From a virus (taxonomy: Duplodnaviria > Caudoviricetes), in the IMG/VR virus record IMGVR_UViG_3300005739_000025: a stretch of DNA of 64,000 nucleotides. One strand, 5' to 3'. A model generated the notes under the pieces. It did not search any database. It was given only the letters and a program-made list of their open reading frames with translations, and was not told the origin of the DNA. This document shows positions 51,597 through 58,713 of this stretch, one piece after another (within the stretch, counting starts at the first letter, position 1; each line of letters starts with the position of its first letter). The translations under genes and the position numbers were made by a program.

Positions 51597-51671
51597 GTCT
51601 GTGTAGTGTAATAGAGAGCACGAGAAGCTACGAACTTTTTAGTGTGGGTGCAAATCCTGCCATAGACACCA
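51597..51671 (+). tRNA. tRNA-Arg(ACG)
   Basis: Loop CTACGAA; T-loop TGCAAAT; encoded CCA. Confidence 0.85.
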
Positions 51672-51678
51672 TTTTAAC

Positions 51679-51755
51679 GCTCTGGAAGCTAAAGTAGTCG
51701 AAGCGTTAGTCTGCAAAACTTTCATTAGTCGGTGCGAGTCCGACCCAGAGCTCCA
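51679..51755 (+). tRNA. tRNA-Cys(GCA)
   Basis: Loop CTGCAAA; U73-CCA; T-loop TGCGAGT. Confidence 0.85.
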
Positions 51756-51762
51756 TTTTATA

Positions 51763-52023
51763 GATCTGGCCGTAGCAAATGATATCCAGATCAGGGTGTG
51801 TTCCCTTTGCCTGTTAGTGTGTTGGGGGTGCTCATCTGGGCTAGTCGAGCTAGGCTACATAAAGCTATGACGCTATGCATTAGTACAACACAGGCTATTG
51901 GACGGAAGTATCTGGCTCCAGGCCAGACTCCGTTAAGGAAGGGACAAAATCCGGAACAAAACCCTTCAGCACTAATAATTTAGTAGACCCGTTATGCCTC
52001 TTAGCAATGCACACTTAACGGGT
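51763..52023 (+). ncRNA. Unidentified ~260-nt highly structured RNA within the tRNA array
   Basis: GC-rich, no credible ORF; nested stems GATCTGG/CCAGATC, AGGGT/ACCCT, TGTTCC/GGAACA, GCCT/AGGC, GTGTTG/CAACAC, ACGGA/TCCGT, TCTGGC/GCCAGA, ACCCGTTA/TAACGGGT. Confidence 0.65.
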
Positions 52024-52028
52024 ATTTT

Positions 52029-52099
52029 CCCTCCTTAGTATAGTAGCATTACAATCGGTTGATAACCGATAGAACTAGGGGCAGTACCTAGAGGAGGGA
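52029..52099 (+). tRNA. tRNA-Ile(GAT)
   Basis: Loop TTGATAA; atypical T-loop GGCAGTA. Confidence 0.8.
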
Positions 52100-52102
52100 C
52101 TA

Positions 52103-52129
52103 TTGACTTTTCAAAAGGCGTGATATAAT
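52103..52129 (+). promoter_or_regulatory. Sigma70-like early promoter (TTGACT...TGnTATAAT)
   Basis: Similar TTGA-N15-17-TAyAAT/TACTAT motifs precede genes at 50776, 59848, 60712, 62550 and 63172. Confidence 0.6.
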
Positions 52130-52135
52130 TACTTT

Positions 52136-52351
52136 ATGTACGAGACCGATCTCACATATAAGAGAAAAAAATATAAAATTAAAATAAAAACCATTTTCGA
52201 GGTAGGGGATGGTAAAGAACATTATGATTTAGAAGTCTCAACAAATAAAAGAATGTCTGGTAATGAATTTTTAGCGCTAAGAAAATATCTAGAAGATGAG
52301 GGTTATATAGAACAAGCAAGAATTTATAATGAGGAACTTTATGCCGATTAA
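52136..52351 (+). CDS. Hypothetical protein
   Basis: ORF track; promoter upstream. Confidence 0.65.
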   Translation: MYETDLTYKRKKYKIKIKTIFEVGDGKEHYDLEVSTNKRMSGNEFLALRKYLEDEGYIEQARIYNEELYAD

Positions 52352-52493
52352 AGATTGGACAAAAATGACTAAAGATGAACTCTTATATACCTTTGAATGG
52401 GCACAAAAAATAGGTTTTCACTTTTTAGCTAAAGAAGTGTATAATCAATTAAAAGTTAAGGGTCTCATTAAAGAGGATAAGAGCGAAAAATAA
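52341..52493 (+). CDS. Hypothetical 50-aa protein (MPIKDWTKMTKDELL...); missing from the ORF track
   Basis: Manual translation; fills the gap before tRNA-Pro. Confidence 0.55.
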   Translation: MPIKDWTKMTKDELLYTFEWAQKIGFHFLAKEVYNQLKVKGLIKEDKSEK

Positions 52494-52497
52494 TTTA

Positions 52498-52569
52498 CGG
52501 GCACGAGGAAGATAGTAATCCGCCAGTTTTGGGAACTGGAAATACTCGGGGCGGAACCGAGGTGCCCGA
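52498..52569 (+). tRNA. tRNA-Pro(TGG)
   Basis: CGGGCAC/GTGCCCG acceptor; loop TTTGGGA; T-loop GGCGGAA. Confidence 0.85.
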
Positions 52570-52572
52570 TTT

Positions 52573-52647
52573 CGCTGCTTAGCTGAGATAGATTAGCACG
52601 AGTCTGAAGAACTTGATAGGTTGGAGCGTTACCAACAGCAGCGGCCA
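52573..52647 (+). tRNA. tRNA-Phe(GAA)
   Basis: Loop CTGAAGA; T-loop AGCGTTA; encoded CCA. Confidence 0.8.
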
Positions 52648-52650
52648 TTT

Positions 52651-52726
52651 TTGGAGCAACCACAAACCCACTGGTATTAGGCGTTGAGAGTAATTGGAAA
52701 GCGCTCTCGAGTAAGTCCTGCTCCAA
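52651..52726 (+). ncRNA. Unidentified tRNA-sized structured element A
   Basis: TTGGAGCA/TGCTCCAA closing stem; ACCA/TGGT and GAGAG/CTCTC arms. Confidence 0.5.
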
Positions 52727-52736
52727 TTTTTTAAAC

Positions 52737-52808
52737 GTGGCTCGTGGTGTAATAGAAGCATTAGAGATTGTGACTCTCTCGGTGAGGGGGCAGAACCCTT
52801 CGAGCCAA
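52737..52808 (+). tRNA. tRNA-His(GTG)
   Basis: Loop TTGTGAC; G-1 present but opposite A rather than C; T-loop GGCAGAA. Confidence 0.8.
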
Positions 52809-52848
52809 TTTAGTAGAAAAAAACATTTTTTATTATATAATTCTTTTT

Positions 52849-53550
52849 ATGCGCATTTTATCTATTGATATGGATTTTATCACAACTAGATATGGGCAAT
52901 ATATTATAAACAATTATGATGAGGTTTATAATAAAAATGCCAATATGCATTGGGAAAATATTAGACTACAGTATGGTGACATACACGAGGATTTTAAACC
53001 TGATATTCAAAATTTAGTTTATATATTCGAAGTTTTTTCTAATGCGATTTTGAATAGTAAAAAAGTAGTTTTTAGCAATTATCATGACTGTATTCTAAAT
53101 GAATTAGATTTTAATAAAACTCATTCAATTATTAATATAGATCATCATCACGATTTGTTTTATTTTAACTCACAAAAAGAAAAAGTAGAAAGATATAGTG
53201 TCGTAAGTGATGCTGATTGGGTATGGTATCTATTAAAAAATAATTATTTGATGTCCTATACCTGGATTCACAACCCAACATCTTCTATGCCTAAAGATTC
53301 ATTTTATAGTGACGATAAAAGGATGATTTGTAAGTTTTTATTAAAAGGAGATTACACCTTTAAAAGCTATGATTTCGATTTAGTTTTTGTATGTTTAAGT
53401 CCTATTTATATAAGTCCTATACACTGGCATTATTTTGAACTGCTTAAAGTAATATATAAAAATACTCTAAAAAAAGATTTAATAATAAACAATAAAAGAT
53501 ACGAAATCGATTTTCAAATTGGTTTAAATAATTCTGGGTCATTCTTGTAA
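52849..53550 (+). CDS. Arginase/ureohydrolase-fold (UPF0489-like) protein
   Basis: ILSIDMDF, HD.I, INIDHHHD, W...L, DLVFVCLSP.Y. Confidence 0.7.
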   Translation: MRILSIDMDFITTRYGQYIINNYDEVYNKNANMHWENIRLQYGDIHEDFKPDIQNLVYIFEVFSNAILNSKKVVFSNYHDCILNELDFNKTHSIINIDHHHDLFYFNSQKEKVERYSVVSDADWVWYLLKNNYLMSYTWIHNPTSSMPKDSFYSDDKRMICKFLLKGDYTFKSYDFDLVFVCLSPIYISPIHWHYFELLKVIYKNTLKKDLIINNKRYEIDFQIGLNNSGSFL

Positions 53551-53551
53551 A

Positions 53552-53617
53552 TGGAGCCGACATTCCAATGCTATTGGTTGAGATTAACCCTGGAGCGTCG
53601 CGGGTAAACTTGCTCCA
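53552..53617 (+). ncRNA. Unidentified structured element B
   Basis: TGGAGC/GCTCCA, CGAC/GTCG, TCCA/TGGA and GGTT/AACC stems. Confidence 0.45.
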
Positions 53618-53624
53618 CTTTTTT

Positions 53625-53708
53625 AGACACACTGACAGAAATGTCTTGGGCGCATGTGCCGCTACAGACTCGTAAGAGTTCATTGAAAGTTATAGCACAA
53701 GTGTGTCT
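53625..53708 (+). ncRNA. Unidentified multibranched element C
   Basis: AGACACAC/GTGTGTCT, GAC/GTC, GGC/GCC, GCTA/TAGC and GACTC-GTAA-GAGTT. Confidence 0.5.
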
Positions 53709-53712
53709 TTTC

Positions 53713-53784
53713 GGGGAATTAGTTAAGTGGCTATAACTCCTGATTTGCATTCAGGTGTCACCGGTTCGACTCCGGTATTCTCCA
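53713..53784 (+). tRNA. tRNA-Ala(TGC)
   Basis: GGGGAAT/ATTCTCC with G3:U70; loop TTTGCAT. Confidence 0.9.
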
Positions 53785-53791
53785 TACTTTA

Positions 53792-53873
53792 GCTCTAGTG
53801 GTGAAATTGGCAGACACGACAGACTTAGGATCTGTTGCTTTACGGCATGGGGGTTCGAGTCCCTCCTGGAGCA
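53792..53873 (+). tRNA. tRNA-Leu(TAG)
   Basis: Loop CTTAGGA; long variable arm. Confidence 0.9.
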
Positions 53874-53879
53874 TATTTT

Positions 53880-53966
53880 GGAAGTGTGGCCGAGCGGTTT
53901 AAGGCAGAAGTTTACTAAACTTCCGAGGTATCCATTCCTCCGTGGGTTCGAATCCCACTGCTTCCA
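53880..53966 (+). tRNA. tRNA-Ser(ACT), rare A34 anticodon
   Basis: GAAGT-TTACTAA-ACTTC; long variable arm; Ser-type D-arm. Confidence 0.8.
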
Positions 53967-53982
53967 TATTAATAATTTTTAT

Positions 53983-54074
53983 GGGCAGATGGCTGAGTCC
54001 GGTCTAAGGCGTCCGACTTGAAATCGGAAGTGGGGGAAACCTCACCGTGGGTTCGAATCCTACTCTGCCCGCCA
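53983..54074 (+). tRNA. tRNA-Ser(TGA)
   Basis: Loop CTTGAAA; variable arm; GCCA end. Confidence 0.9.
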
Positions 54075-54108
54075 TTGAATTTTAAAAATTATAAGTTAAA
54101 ATAATATA

Positions 54109-54840
54109 ATGTTTAATTTGTTTAAAAAGGAAATAGAATTTTTTCCAACAACTTTAGAAATAGATAAAGTAGCTCCTATTGTTCCAGCTAGCAAATTTCT
54201 CCCAAAATGGTGGACGGATATTGATCCAAATAAACATGTAAATTTAGTAAATAATGTACCTGTTATAAGAGGCAATATTAAAAAATGTCCAGGTGTATCA
54301 GATTTTTTAACTAAGGGTTTTATATTACCCGCCTGGACAGATTTTTATTTTTGCTATGAAAATGGTAAAATGAAAAAAATCTCATCGTTACAATCCCACG
54401 GAATAATACACCAACCAGACACATCATTTATTGATTTTTTACCAGATAATATAAAATTTAAAAAACCCATTTCATATAAATTATTAACCCCCTGGCTTAT
54501 CAAAACCCCTCCCGGCTATAGCAGTTTAATTTTAAACCCAACATTTCATTTTAACGATAATTTCGACACTATGCCCGGTATACTCGATACCGACATTTTT
54601 CATACCCTATCTATTGAAATTCTAGTTAAAGAATCAAAAACTTTTACTATACCTTTTAACACTCCATTATGTATAATAGTTCCTTTTAAAAGAAATAAAT
54701 TTAAATATAAAATTAATTTAAATAAAGCAGTAATGGAGAAATTGTCTTCTCTTTCAAATCTTATATCTTTTGCAAAATTTTCTTCTAGCGCTATGTATAA
54801 TTATGTAAGAAGATCAAAATGCCCTTTTAATAATAAATAA
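54109..54840 (+). CDS. Conserved hypothetical protein, paralog 2
   Basis: Shares KCPG.SDFL.KG.I.PAWTD, W.I.TPPGYS, PG..DTDI.H and KCPF with 50776-51540. Confidence 0.8.
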   Translation: MFNLFKKEIEFFPTTLEIDKVAPIVPASKFLPKWWTDIDPNKHVNLVNNVPVIRGNIKKCPGVSDFLTKGFILPAWTDFYFCYENGKMKKISSLQSHGIIHQPDTSFIDFLPDNIKFKKPISYKLLTPWLIKTPPGYSSLILNPTFHFNDNFDTMPGILDTDIFHTLSIEILVKESKTFTIPFNTPLCIIVPFKRNKFKYKINLNKAVMEKLSSLSNLISFAKFSSSAMYNYVRRSKCPFNNK

Positions 54841-54844
54841 TTTT

Positions 54845-55102
54845 ATGAATTTTGAAATTTTAATAAATGACTTATTAAAAAAGAATTATAAAATTAATGA
54901 GCAGTTAGCTAAAGGTAAAACTTTAGAAGATATATCTAAAGAGACAGAAACATCAAAAGAAATATTAAATAAAGAACTTAAAAAAGGAATAGAAATAGAA
55001 AAAGAACATACACCATCAGAAAAAAAAGCTAAAACCATAGCTAAAGATCATCTTATTGAAAATCCTAAATATTATACTAAATTAAAGAAAGTAGGATTAT
55101 AG
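54845..55102 (+). CDS. DUF5661-like protein
   Basis: GIEIEKEHT...IAKDHL.E.P.YYTKL. Confidence 0.75.
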   Translation: MNFEILINDLLKKNYKINEQLAKGKTLEDISKETETSKEILNKELKKGIEIEKEHTPSEKKAKTIAKDHLIENPKYYTKLKKVGL

Positions 55103-55176
55103 ACCCTGTAGTGTAATGCAAAGCACGTTATGCATATAGCATAAAGATAGAGGTTAGAATCCTTTCAGGGTCGCCA
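55102..55176 (+). tRNA. Atypical tRNA with TAT anticodon (Ile-AUA type) or pseudo-tRNA
   Basis: GACCCTG/CAGGGTC-GCCA; TTATG-CATATAG-CATAA (A33, C32:G38); T-loop TTAGAAT. Confidence 0.65.
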
Positions 55177-55902
55177 TTAATTGTTTTTAGTCGCAAAATT
55201 ATTCCACCTTTCTGTATTACTTAATTCCTGCTTGGAGTTTAACTCTACATGTCCATCAAAATAAGCCACTACGGCTTTATTATTATACCTATAATCTACC
55301 TCCCCGACAGCTCCTCTAGTTTCAGGACCCGCCACATCAAAACACCCCCTATGTTCTGCTCCTTCCATTTTACTAATCGCAAATACAACTAGTTTAGAAG
55401 GTTCATTAACCTGAGTGATATTAGTTACTACTGATTTATTGCCTCTATCTGGTGAAACAGGAGTACCGTACTTACCCCCAACATAAGTACCATTCATACC
55501 AAATGTTGTAAAAACTGTTACTAGATAAGAATACATACTATCATCTGGAGGAGCAGCTTTCTGATTGTTAACCATTAAGATGTTAATACTATAATCTATA
55601 TAAGGCGCAAGTCTCCATGGCCATCTTTTTGCAGCATGGGACATGACTGGCTTACCTTTATCGTCTAATACTTTACCTGGTTTAGGGTCCATAGCTTTAA
55701 TTAATCGCCCTCCATTATCAGCTGCGTAAGCATGAAACCCTGCCATTAATGCTCTACCTGCATGAACCTCTCTTCCCTTTTCAGCAGATTTTATATAACT
55801 AGAATAACCTGAAAAACCAATAGCAGCTAAAATGGTTATAACTGCTATAGATACTAATAGTTCAATTAACGTAAAAGCCCTTGCATATCTTAAAAAGTTC
55901 AT
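55177..55902 (-). CDS. Prepilin-type N-terminal cleavage/methylation protein with H-X9-DG-like C-terminus
   Basis: RAFTLIELLVSIAVITILAAI and YRYNNKAVVAYFDGHVE. Confidence 0.9.
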   Translation of the reverse strand: MNFLRYARAFTLIELLVSIAVITILAAIGFSGYSSYIKSAEKGREVHAGRALMAGFHAYAADNGGRLIKAMDPKPGKVLDDKGKPVMSHAAKRWPWRLAPYIDYSINILMVNNQKAAPPDDSMYSYLVTVFTTFGMNGTYVGGKYGTPVSPDRGNKSVVTNITQVNEPSKLVVFAISKMEGAEHRGCFDVAGPETRGAVGEVDYRYNNKAVVAYFDGHVELNSKQELSNTERWNNFATKNN

Positions 55903-55918
55903 ATATTATATATATACT

Positions 55919-56680
55919 ATGAAAATATTATTTCTAGGAATTACATATTTTTTTACTTTAATTTCTATTCTACACTCTCAAATTATTACTGTAAATATGG
56001 GAGGAACTACTAGTTTTTCTTCTTGGTCTAATATAAATTCTTTTAACTATTCAGGCTACGGCTCATTTCCAGGAAACACTCCATGGCCTGCACCTATAAG
56101 AGCTACACAAGGTTCAACAAATTCAACTTTAAATAGAGTTACTGGTTCCCCAACAGGTGGAGGACCATTTCTAGCATCAGAATCAATATATTTTGGCAAT
56201 TTCAGTCAAATTCCAAATGCATTAGGAGGAACACTTAGACTGTCTAATTCTATTTCTTTAACAAATATTAAAACTCTTGTACTGCAAATACAAATAGGAG
56301 AAGCAACAGGGTATGATTTCTTTACACCTACTGGTTTTCCTAAACTCTCTTTAAACGGAATAACAAATTTTGCTGCTTACACCAATCTTGTTAATAGATA
56401 TCAAAATGGTACATTTCCTAGTCCTGAAACAGGGTTAGATGAACCCGTATATGTTAATACATGGGCGTACCAATGGAAAATTACAAATGCATCAGTAAAC
56501 AGCTATTTTGTAGATTTTAGCGCGGTAACACACGCCCAGGTCTACAACATCAGATGGGATAGCTCTTCCATGGCATATAACACGCCAGTTATTCCTGAAC
56601 CATCTACTATTGGTTTGCTGGCCTTTAGCGCTGCTGGGTTTGCCGTTTACATTTATAGAAAGAGAAAAAGAAGTAAATAG
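55919..56680 (+). CDS. PEP-CTERM sorting-domain secreted protein (253 aa)
   Basis: Signal peptide MKILFLGITYFF...; C-terminal VIPEPSTIGLLAFSAAGFAVYIYRKRKRSK. Start moved from 55832 to ATG 55919. Confidence 0.9.
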   Translation: MKILFLGITYFFTLISILHSQIITVNMGGTTSFSSWSNINSFNYSGYGSFPGNTPWPAPIRATQGSTNSTLNRVTGSPTGGGPFLASESIYFGNFSQIPNALGGTLRLSNSISLTNIKTLVLQIQIGEATGYDFFTPTGFPKLSLNGITNFAAYTNLVNRYQNGTFPSPETGLDEPVYVNTWAYQWKITNASVNSYFVDFSAVTHAQVYNIRWDSSSMAYNTPVIPEPSTIGLLAFSAAGFAVYIYRKRKRSK

Positions 56681-56699
56681 CAGCATAATAAATAATTAA

Positions 56700-57113
56700 A
56701 TGAATTGGCTACCATTAGTAATTTTGGTAGCCTTTTTTGTTTTTATTATACCCAATTATAAAGAATTTGAAAAGCCGGAATTAAAAATTTTACCCGATGG
56801 ATGTGTAGTATATTCTATATATCATAAAATGGCTTTAGAGGCTAATGAAAAATTAGAACCTTATCTCTGGTCTAGAGTGCTCGCTATACACTTTTATAAC
56901 AAAGTAGGTCACGCTGTTAATGTATTTGTCTACAAGAATAATACCTTTGTTTATAACCCAGGACTTGGTACTTATCCTATATATGAGAGACCTATATATG
57001 ATCCATTACAATTAGCGGAAATAATTTTTCCAGATACACCTATTAGAAGAGCGTATTTTTTAGAACCCACATTGTTATTGCAATATCAAAAAGAATATCA
57101 TATTATAGAGTAA
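56700..57113 (+). CDS. Hypothetical protein with N-terminal TM/signal anchor
   Basis: ORF track; hydrophobic N-terminus; spaced Cys and His residues. Confidence 0.65.
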   Translation: MNWLPLVILVAFFVFIIPNYKEFEKPELKILPDGCVVYSIYHKMALEANEKLEPYLWSRVLAIHFYNKVGHAVNVFVYKNNTFVYNPGLGTYPIYERPIYDPLQLAEIIFPDTPIRRAYFLEPTLLLQYQKEYHIIE

Positions 57114-57409
57114 TGCAAGAAATTATTAAGGAAATAGCAGGAGCTATTATGACTATAAGTTTTATGTTTTGCTATGTACCGCAAATAATTAAAATTTTTA
57201 AAAATAAATCCTCTAGAGATGTTTCGTTGATGTTAATAATTATGTCTATGATAGGTTATATTTCAGGAATGGTTTATTTATTTTTAGGTACATTTGGTAT
57301 ATGGTGGTTTTTAAATTACTGCGTAGGGTTAATAATGTGCTCGATTTTAATATACTCTTGGTTTAAATATAGAAAGAACAGCGATACTGATAATTGCTGG
57401 AATAGTTAA
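57113..57409 (+). CDS. PQ-loop/SemiSWEET-family small transporter
   Basis: Three TM helices; YVPQIIKIFKNKSSRDVS. Confidence 0.8.
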   Translation: MQEIIKEIAGAIMTISFMFCYVPQIIKIFKNKSSRDVSLMLIIMSMIGYISGMVYLFLGTFGIWWFLNYCVGLIMCSILIYSWFKYRKNSDTDNCWNS

Positions 57410-57434
57410 ATAGGTATTTTAAATATAATACACC

Positions 57435-57659
57435 ATGAAATTAAAAATACCTTTTATTAAAAATAATTACTATTTAACACTTAAATCTTACTATTGTGGG
57501 GCTGTAGTAGAGAGTAAAACATCGAGAGCAGGCGAAGATTGGCTAAGAGGTAATGATTTAATTGATGGAAAACTCTGGGCGTTACCTAAAACACTTTGGG
57601 ATATTATTTGCTATGAATTCTATCTTGGCAGATGGTCTAATAAATGTAAAAATAATTAA
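57435..57659 (+). CDS. Hypothetical protein
   Basis: ORF track. Confidence 0.5.
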   Translation: MKLKIPFIKNNYYLTLKSYYCGAVVESKTSRAGEDWLRGNDLIDGKLWALPKTLWDIICYEFYLGRWSNKCKNN

Positions 57660-58066
57660 TTTAGTTTTCTAAGACGGTACCTTTGATTGTACTGAGAGCG
57701 TTTAGAGTTCTTTTTATTTCTCCCACAAAAAGTTTCTGTTTGAGAATGACAATTTGGGCATAATAATCGAATATTACTAGGTATGTTGTTGTCTGAGTTA
57801 CCATCTATATGATCAAGATGTAACGATATCGGTTTATTGTTCCATTCAGCTATATTACAAGAAACACATTTATACCCTGCTGTTTTAGATAAAAAACTTT
57901 TTAATGTATTAGGTTCGCTGCATTTATTTTCTTTTATTTTTTTTACCGTTACATTTTCAAACCGATAATTTGCTTGACATTTATTATTACAAAATTTGCC
58001 TTTTGAACTAGATGTTTCATAAGTAAAAAAGACGTTGCAATATAAACAGCTTGACTCTTTTTTCAT
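57656..58066 (-). CDS. Free-standing HNH endonuclease
   Basis: C..C Zn motifs; LHLDHIDGNSDNN..SNIRLLCPNCHS. Confidence 0.9.
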   Translation of the reverse strand: MKKESSCLYCNVFFTYETSSSKGKFCNNKCQANYRFENVTVKKIKENKCSEPNTLKSFLSKTAGYKCVSCNIAEWNNKPISLHLDHIDGNSDNNIPSNIRLLCPNCHSQTETFCGRNKKNSKRSQYNQRYRLRKLN

Positions 58067-58125
58067 AACATTTATATTTATACGAGCACTTCTAATAAAT
58101 GAACAGGTCTGAATTAATAATTTAC

Positions 58126-58199
58126 GGGGGGTTGTTGTAATGGTAGCGATTCGCGTTTACACCGCGACAGAAGAGGTTCGATCCCTCTACCCCCTACCA
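58126..58199 (+). tRNA. tRNA-Val(TAC)
   Basis: Loop TTTACAC; ACCA end. Confidence 0.9.
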
Positions 58200-58216
58200 C
58201 CACTTTAAATAAAACA

Positions 58217-58615
58217 ATGAAAGTACTAACAGTAGATTTTGACGAATGTTTAGCTGAAAATAAAATAACAGCTTGGGGTGGTTCTTCTCTAGTTCCGGTA
58301 GAAAGAGTGATTAATTACGTTAAACAAAAGCATAAAGAAGGATATGAGCTTTATTGTGTTACCTTTAGGGGAACTCTAGCAGCTAAAAAAGAAGCCGAAA
58401 GCTTTATCAAAAAGCATTTAATTCCAATAAGATCTGTAATATGTACTGATGGGAAGAATAAAGTTCCTTTTATTCAAAAATTAAACAGTATTCTTCATAT
58501 AGACGATAGTGTTGAGGTTTGTACGCTTTGTGTAATGGCAGGAATCAATGTTCTCCTAGTTGATTGGGGACAAGATAAGAATAACACAACAGCTCAATTT
58601 TTACCTAAAATTTAA
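58217..58615 (+). CDS. HAD-superfamily phosphatase-like protein
   Basis: VDFDECL, CVTFR, K, HIDDS motifs. Confidence 0.75.
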   Translation: MKVLTVDFDECLAENKITAWGGSSLVPVERVINYVKQKHKEGYELYCVTFRGTLAAKKEAESFIKKHLIPIRSVICTDGKNKVPFIQKLNSILHIDDSVEVCTLCVMAGINVLLVDWGQDKNNTTAQFLPKI

Positions 58616-58713
58616 GTTCCGATAAGTTCCTTATTTTTTTGTTGCAATTCCTTGTAGACACTCTACAATAAATTTGTTGACAATCAACAAAGAAAGGAAA
58701 TAATAACAAACAT

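Noticed and set aside
51763-52023. RNase P, tmRNA or SRP RNA identity
   Set aside because: Only GGAACAAAAC resembles RNase P; the P4 consensus, tmRNA termini and SRP loop are absent.
50321-54021. ORF-track entries overlapping tRNAs (50321, 51377, 51798, 52445, 52579, 53444, 53755)
   Set aside because: They run through tRNA or structured RNA genes or are shadows of real genes.
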